Origin: Armatimonadota bacterium
GTDB lineage: Bacteria; Armatimonadota; HRBIN16
Assembly: GCA_963677485.1 (NCBI GenBank)
Contig: OY781964.1
Span: forward strand, 832,001 to 896,000
DNA length: 64,000 nt
Direction of reading: 5' to 3'
In this document: positions 60,249 to 64,000 of the stretch, one piece after another
Position numbering within the stretch: the stretch's first letter is position 1
Layout of the letters: every line of letters starts with the position of its first letter
Notes under the pieces: generated by a model
Seen by the model: only the letters and a program-made list of their open reading frames with translations
What the model was told of the DNA's origin: nothing
Databases searched by the model: none
Translations under genes and position numbers: made by a program

Positions 60249-60881
60249 CTAACCTCTCTTCTCCAAAGCGATCACGATAAGACCGCCGTTTGCGCCGGGA
60301 ACACCGCCCCGTACCAGGATGAGGTTGCGCTCTGCATCCACACGTTCAACGGTCATGCCGCTCTGAGTGACGGTGTCGTTACCCATTCGGCCTGGTTTAC
60401 GGGTACCCTTGAAGGTGCGTGCGGCATCAGTAGCACCGCTGGATTGCGGTTTGCGCTCTGCATTACCACCGTGAGTTTTGTCGCCACCACGGAAGTGGTA
60501 GCGCTTCACTACACCGGCGTAACCGCGGCCTTTGCTGGTTCCGGTAACCTTAACTTGATCGCCTGCCTGAAAAACATCCATCACGCCAATCTGCGTACCG
60601 CAGCTTAGCCCTTCGATAGAGTCTACAGCGAGCTCACGCAACACGCGTTGTGCGGCCACTCCAGCCTTACCGAAATGCCCTTTCATGGGCTTGGTTGCCT
60701 TCCGTGCCGGTATCTCTTCGTATCCGAGTTGAACGGCTGTATAGCCGTCTTTGTCGTCAGTCTTAATCTGCGTAATAACGCAGGGTCCCGCCTCTATGAC
60801 GGAGACCGGAACGGCCCGACCCTTATCGTCGAAGATTTGGGTCATGCCGACCTTTCTTCCCATAATCGCCTGCACTGCCAT
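60249..60881 (-). CDS. rplC: 50S ribosomal protein L3
   Basis: GRKVGMTQIF, DGYTAVQLG, SKGRGYAGVVKR, PGRMG, GGVPG. Confidence 0.97.
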   Translation of the reverse strand: MAVQAIMGRKVGMTQIFDDKGRAVPVSVIEAGPCVITQIKTDDKDGYTAVQLGYEEIPARKATKPMKGHFGKAGVAAQRVLRELAVDSIEGLSCGTQIGVMDVFQAGDQVKVTGTSKGRGYAGVVKRYHFRGGDKTHGGNAERKPQSSGATDAARTFKGTRKPGRMGNDTVTQSGMTVERVDAERNLILVRGGVPGANGGLIVIALEKRG

Positions 60882-60892
60882 TGCCGTACTCC

Positions 60893-61213
60893 CTACTTGA
60901 TCTCAATGTATACGCCGCTCGGCAGATCAAGGCGCATTAGCGCGTCAATCGTCTTAGTACCGGCCTCATAGAGGTCGATCAACCGTTTGTGCGTGAGCAG
61001 CTCGAAATGCTCCATGGAGGTCTTGTCAATATGTGGACCGCGGATGACGCAGAAGCGATTTCGCTCCGTGGGCAGCAGCACTGGTCCGGAAATCCGGGCA
61101 CCGGTATCCCGAACAGTCTTCACGATCTTCAGTACTGACTGGTCCAGAATACGATGATCATACGCTCGAAGCCGGATACGAACCCGGTTTTGAGCTGTAT
61201 CTCGTCGTGCCAT
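60893..61213 (-). CDS. rpsJ: 30S ribosomal protein S10
   Basis: [32 protein letters not shown]. Confidence 0.97.
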   Translation of the reverse strand: MARRDTAQNRVRIRLRAYDHRILDQSVLKIVKTVRDTGARISGPVLLPTERNRFCVIRGPHIDKTSMEHFELLTHKRLIDLYEAGTKTIDALMRLDLPSGVYIEIK

Positions 61214-61233
61214 AATAGCTAGCCTCCTCGATG

Positions 61234-62433
61234 TTAAGCGATAACCTTGGTAACTACGCCAGCACCCACAGTGTGTCCACCTTCGCGTACTGCGAAGCGG
61301 AGACCCTCTTCCATAGCGATGGGTTGGATGAGGTCTGCAGTGATCGTCACGCGATCACCAGGCATAATCATCTCAACACCTTCTGGAAGCTTCATGTTGC
61401 CAGTTACGTCCGTGGTGCGGAAATAGAACTGCGGGCGATACCCGTCAAAGAACGGGGTATGGCGGCCGCCTTCCTCTTTTGTAAGCACGTAGATTTCACC
61501 CTGGAACTGGGTGTGCGGCTTAATGGAACCGGGCTTGGCGCAAACCATGCCACGCTCCACAGATTCACGACCGATGCCTCGCAGCAGGATACCGGCGTTG
61601 TCGCCGCTCTCTACTCGCTCAAGGATCTTGCGGAACATCTCGAGGCTGGTGGCAACAGTTGTGATGCTCTTCTCTTTAATACCAACGATCTCGATCTGCT
61701 CGCCGGCCTTCAGCACACCGCGCTCCACACGTCCGGTCACGACAGTGCCGCGGCCAGTGATGGTGAAGACATCTTCGATGGGCATCAGGAACGGCTTCTC
61801 CGTATCGCGCTCAGGGGTCGGAATATAGTCGTCAATTGCTTCAATCAACTTCCATATTTTGTCAGCCCATGGGTCGCCTTGCTCGCCGCTTCCCTCAAGT
61901 ACCTTCACGGCGGATCCCACGATTACGGGGATGTCGTCGCCGGGGAAGTCATACTTGGTAAGAAGTTCGCGAACTTCCATCTCTACCAGCTCTGTCAGCT
62001 CGGGGTCGTCCACCAGGTCTTCTTTGTTCAAGAAGACGACGATGTAAGGAACTCCTACCTGACGGGCGAGCAGGATGTGCTCACGAGTCTGAGGCATAGG
62101 GCCGTCAGCGGCAGACACAACCAACACGGCTCCGTCCATCTGGGCGGCACCGGTGATCATGTTCTTAATATAGTCCGCGTGTCCCGGGCAGTCTACGTGA
62201 GCGTAGTGCCGTTTGTCGGTCTCATATTCCGCATGATAGATATTGATGGTTACACCGCGCTCTCGCTCTTCCGGGGCGCAGTCGATGGCGTCGTAGGCCT
62301 GGTATTTTGCAAAGCCCTTCGTGGCCAGGCACTTTGTGATGGCCGCGGTTAGGCTGGTTTTGCCATGATCCACGTGACCGATGGTGCCGATATTCATGTG
62401 CGGCTTATTGCGCTCAAATTTCTGCTTAGCCAT
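61234..62433 (-). CDS. tuf: Elongation factor Tu
   Basis: [44 protein letters not shown]. Confidence 0.99.
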   Translation of the reverse strand: MAKQKFERNKPHMNIGTIGHVDHGKTSLTAAITKCLATKGFAKYQAYDAIDCAPEERERGVTINIYHAEYETDKRHYAHVDCPGHADYIKNMITGAAQMDGAVLVVSAADGPMPQTREHILLARQVGVPYIVVFLNKEDLVDDPELTELVEMEVRELLTKYDFPGDDIPVIVGSAVKVLEGSGEQGDPWADKIWKLIEAIDDYIPTPERDTEKPFLMPIEDVFTITGRGTVVTGRVERGVLKAGEQIEIVGIKEKSITTVATSLEMFRKILERVESGDNAGILLRGIGRESVERGMVCAKPGSIKPHTQFQGEIYVLTKEEGGRHTPFFDGYRPQFYFRTTDVTGNMKLPEGVEMIMPGDRVTITADLIQPIAMEEGLRFAVREGGHTVGAGVVTKVIA

Positions 62434-62478
62434 GATTTCAATCCTCTCTTGAGAGTATTGGGTGGCGGATTATTCCGC

Positions 62479-64000
62479 CTACCCGTTCGCCTTCGATGTC
62501 AGCTCGGAGAGCATGAAGGAAGGTACTTCCTCGTAATGCGAAGGCTCCATGCTGTATGACGCTCGGCCCTGTGAAAGCGACCTTACTGTCGTAGCGTATC
62601 CAAACATTTCGCCGAGCGGTACATGGGCTTTGATGGATTGGGTACCACCTGGTCCAGGCTCGAGGCCTTCTATCCGTCCACGTCGGCTGTTTAAGTCACC
62701 AATCACTTCACCCATGAACTCTTCAGGGGTAACGACTTCCACTTTCATGATTGGTTCCATCACTGTGGGGCTTGCCTTCGCCATGGCACTTCTCATGGAC
62801 ATAGACCCGGCAATTTTGAATGCCATTTCGTTGGAGTCAACATCGTGATAACTACCATGAACTAAGCGGACTTTGACGTCCACTACCGGGTAGCCACCCA
62901 ATACGCCAGATTGCAGCGCTTCTTTAACTCCCTGTTCGATAGGCCCAATGTATTCTCGAGGAATAACACCGCCCACGGTCGCATTTATAAACTCGAAACC
63001 TCCGCCAGCTTCCATGGGTTCGATTTCCAACACGGCATGACCGTATTGACCACGTCCACCAGTCTGCTTGGCATACTTTACATCGCCACGGGCAGGTTTG
63101 CGGATAGCTTCACGGTAGGCAACTTGAGGTCGTCCACTGTTAGCTTCCACACGGAACTCGCGCAAAAGGCGATCCACGATGATTTCGAGATGAAGTTCGC
63201 CCATTCCTCTAATAATGGTTTGACCGGTCTCTGGATCGGTGTTCACCTTAAAGGTGGGGTCTTCCTGGGCCAGACGTGCAAGTGCCACGCCAAGCTTGTC
63301 TTGGTCAGCCTTGGTTTTCGGCTCGATAGCCACCGAAATAACAGGCTCCGGGAAGATGATATTCTCCAGGCACAACGGAGATTTCTCCGCAGTGAGGGTA
63401 TCACCAGTTACAGTGTCTTGTAGACCCACAGCCGCTGCGATTTCGCCAGCATATACTACGTCTACGTCTTCTCTGTGGTTAGCATGCATTCTCAGAATGC
63501 GTCCCACACGCTCTTTTTTGCCACGAGTGGCGTTCAGAATATAAGAGCCTTTATTCATAGAACCGCTGTATACCCGGAAGAATGTCAGTCGTCCCACGAA
63601 GGGGTCAGACATAATCTTAAAGGCCAGAGCGGTAAATGGCTCCTCATCGCTTGGTTGGCGTACTTCTTCTTCTTCCGTCTTAGGGTTAACGCCAGTGACG
63701 CTGCCTTTTTCGATGGGGCTAGGAAGGTAGTCAACAATCGCGTCAAGAAGCGGCTGCACACCCTTGTTTTTGAATGAAGACCCGCAGGTGACGGGTACGA
63801 TCTTGTTAGCGATCGTGCCTATGCGCAGGGCATGACGAATTTCTGCTTCGGTGATTGTTTCACCTTCGAGATACTTCATCATCAGCTCATCGTCGCATTC
63901 AACTGCAGATTCCACGAGTGCTTCACGCCATTTCGCCACATCCTCGGCGATATCGGCAGGCACGTCCGTGACGTCGAATTCCTGACCCAGATCGTCGTGA
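62479..64000 (-). CDS. fusA: Elongation factor G (canonical), partial; 5' end beyond window
   Basis: [42 protein letters not shown]; directly upstream of tuf. Confidence 0.97.
   Translation of the reverse strand, partial: HDDLGQEFDVTDVPADIAEDVAKWREALVESAVECDDELMMKYLEGETITEAEIRHALRIGTIANKIVPVTCGSSFKNKGVQPLLDAIVDYLPSPIEKGSVTGVNPKTEEEEVRQPSDEEPFTALAFKIMSDPFVGRLTFFRVYSGSMNKGSYILNATRGKKERVGRILRMHANHREDVDVVYAGEIAAAVGLQDTVTGDTLTAEKSPLCLENIIFPEPVISVAIEPKTKADQDKLGVALARLAQEDPTFKVNTDPETGQTIIRGMGELHLEIIVDRLLREFRVEANSGRPQVAYREAIRKPARGDVKYAKQTGGRGQYGHAVLEIEPMEAGGGFEFINATVGGVIPREYIGPIEQGVKEALQSGVLGGYPVVDVKVRLVHGSYHDVDSNEMAFKIAGSMSMRSAMAKASPTVMEPIMKVEVVTPEEFMGEVIGDLNSRRGRIEGLEPGPGGTQSIKAHVPLGEMFGYATTVRSLSQGRASYSMEPSHYEEVPSFMLSELTSKANG

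Noticed and set aside
61231-62352. 373-aa plus-strand ORF
   Set aside because: Antisense shadow of tuf caused by codon bias.

Overview
Chromosomal window of a bacterium, probably Armatimonadota-like. That is an inference from the prepilin/H-X9-DG-type protein and the GSHWL/dockerin-like secreted protein. The right third (41.0-64.0 kb, minus strand) is a complete str/S10/spc/alpha ribosomal superoperon from a partial fusA through tuf to rplM-rpsI. It has two oddities: a second EF-G paralogue sits inside the spc operon between rplE and rpsN with its own flanking signals, and RpoA carries a second, degenerate alpha-CTD-like domain. The left two thirds are mixed housekeeping and accessory DNA. 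They contain an IS21 end that truncates a DUF4143 AAA ATPase, smpB with a Ser/Thr kinase, and an exosortase/EpsI + Wzc + glycosyltransferase cluster whose Wzc lacks the Walker A lysine. Further along are a 56-aa Cys-rich peptide, a secreted acetolactate decarboxylase, two tandem self-contained cassettes for small Pro-rich membrane proteins, a frameshifted dxs, a class II photolyase and three tRNAs. These are followed by two tandem CE4-SGNH fusion esterases, mqnC-cobW-like-kimA-like genes, trxA, lacZ, fhs and a cystathionine lyase/synthase. Intergenic regions hold mosaics of REP-like palindromes and a perfect 15 x 15-bp tandem array. No CRISPR array or rRNA was seen. All calls come from reading motifs by eye; no database searches were run.
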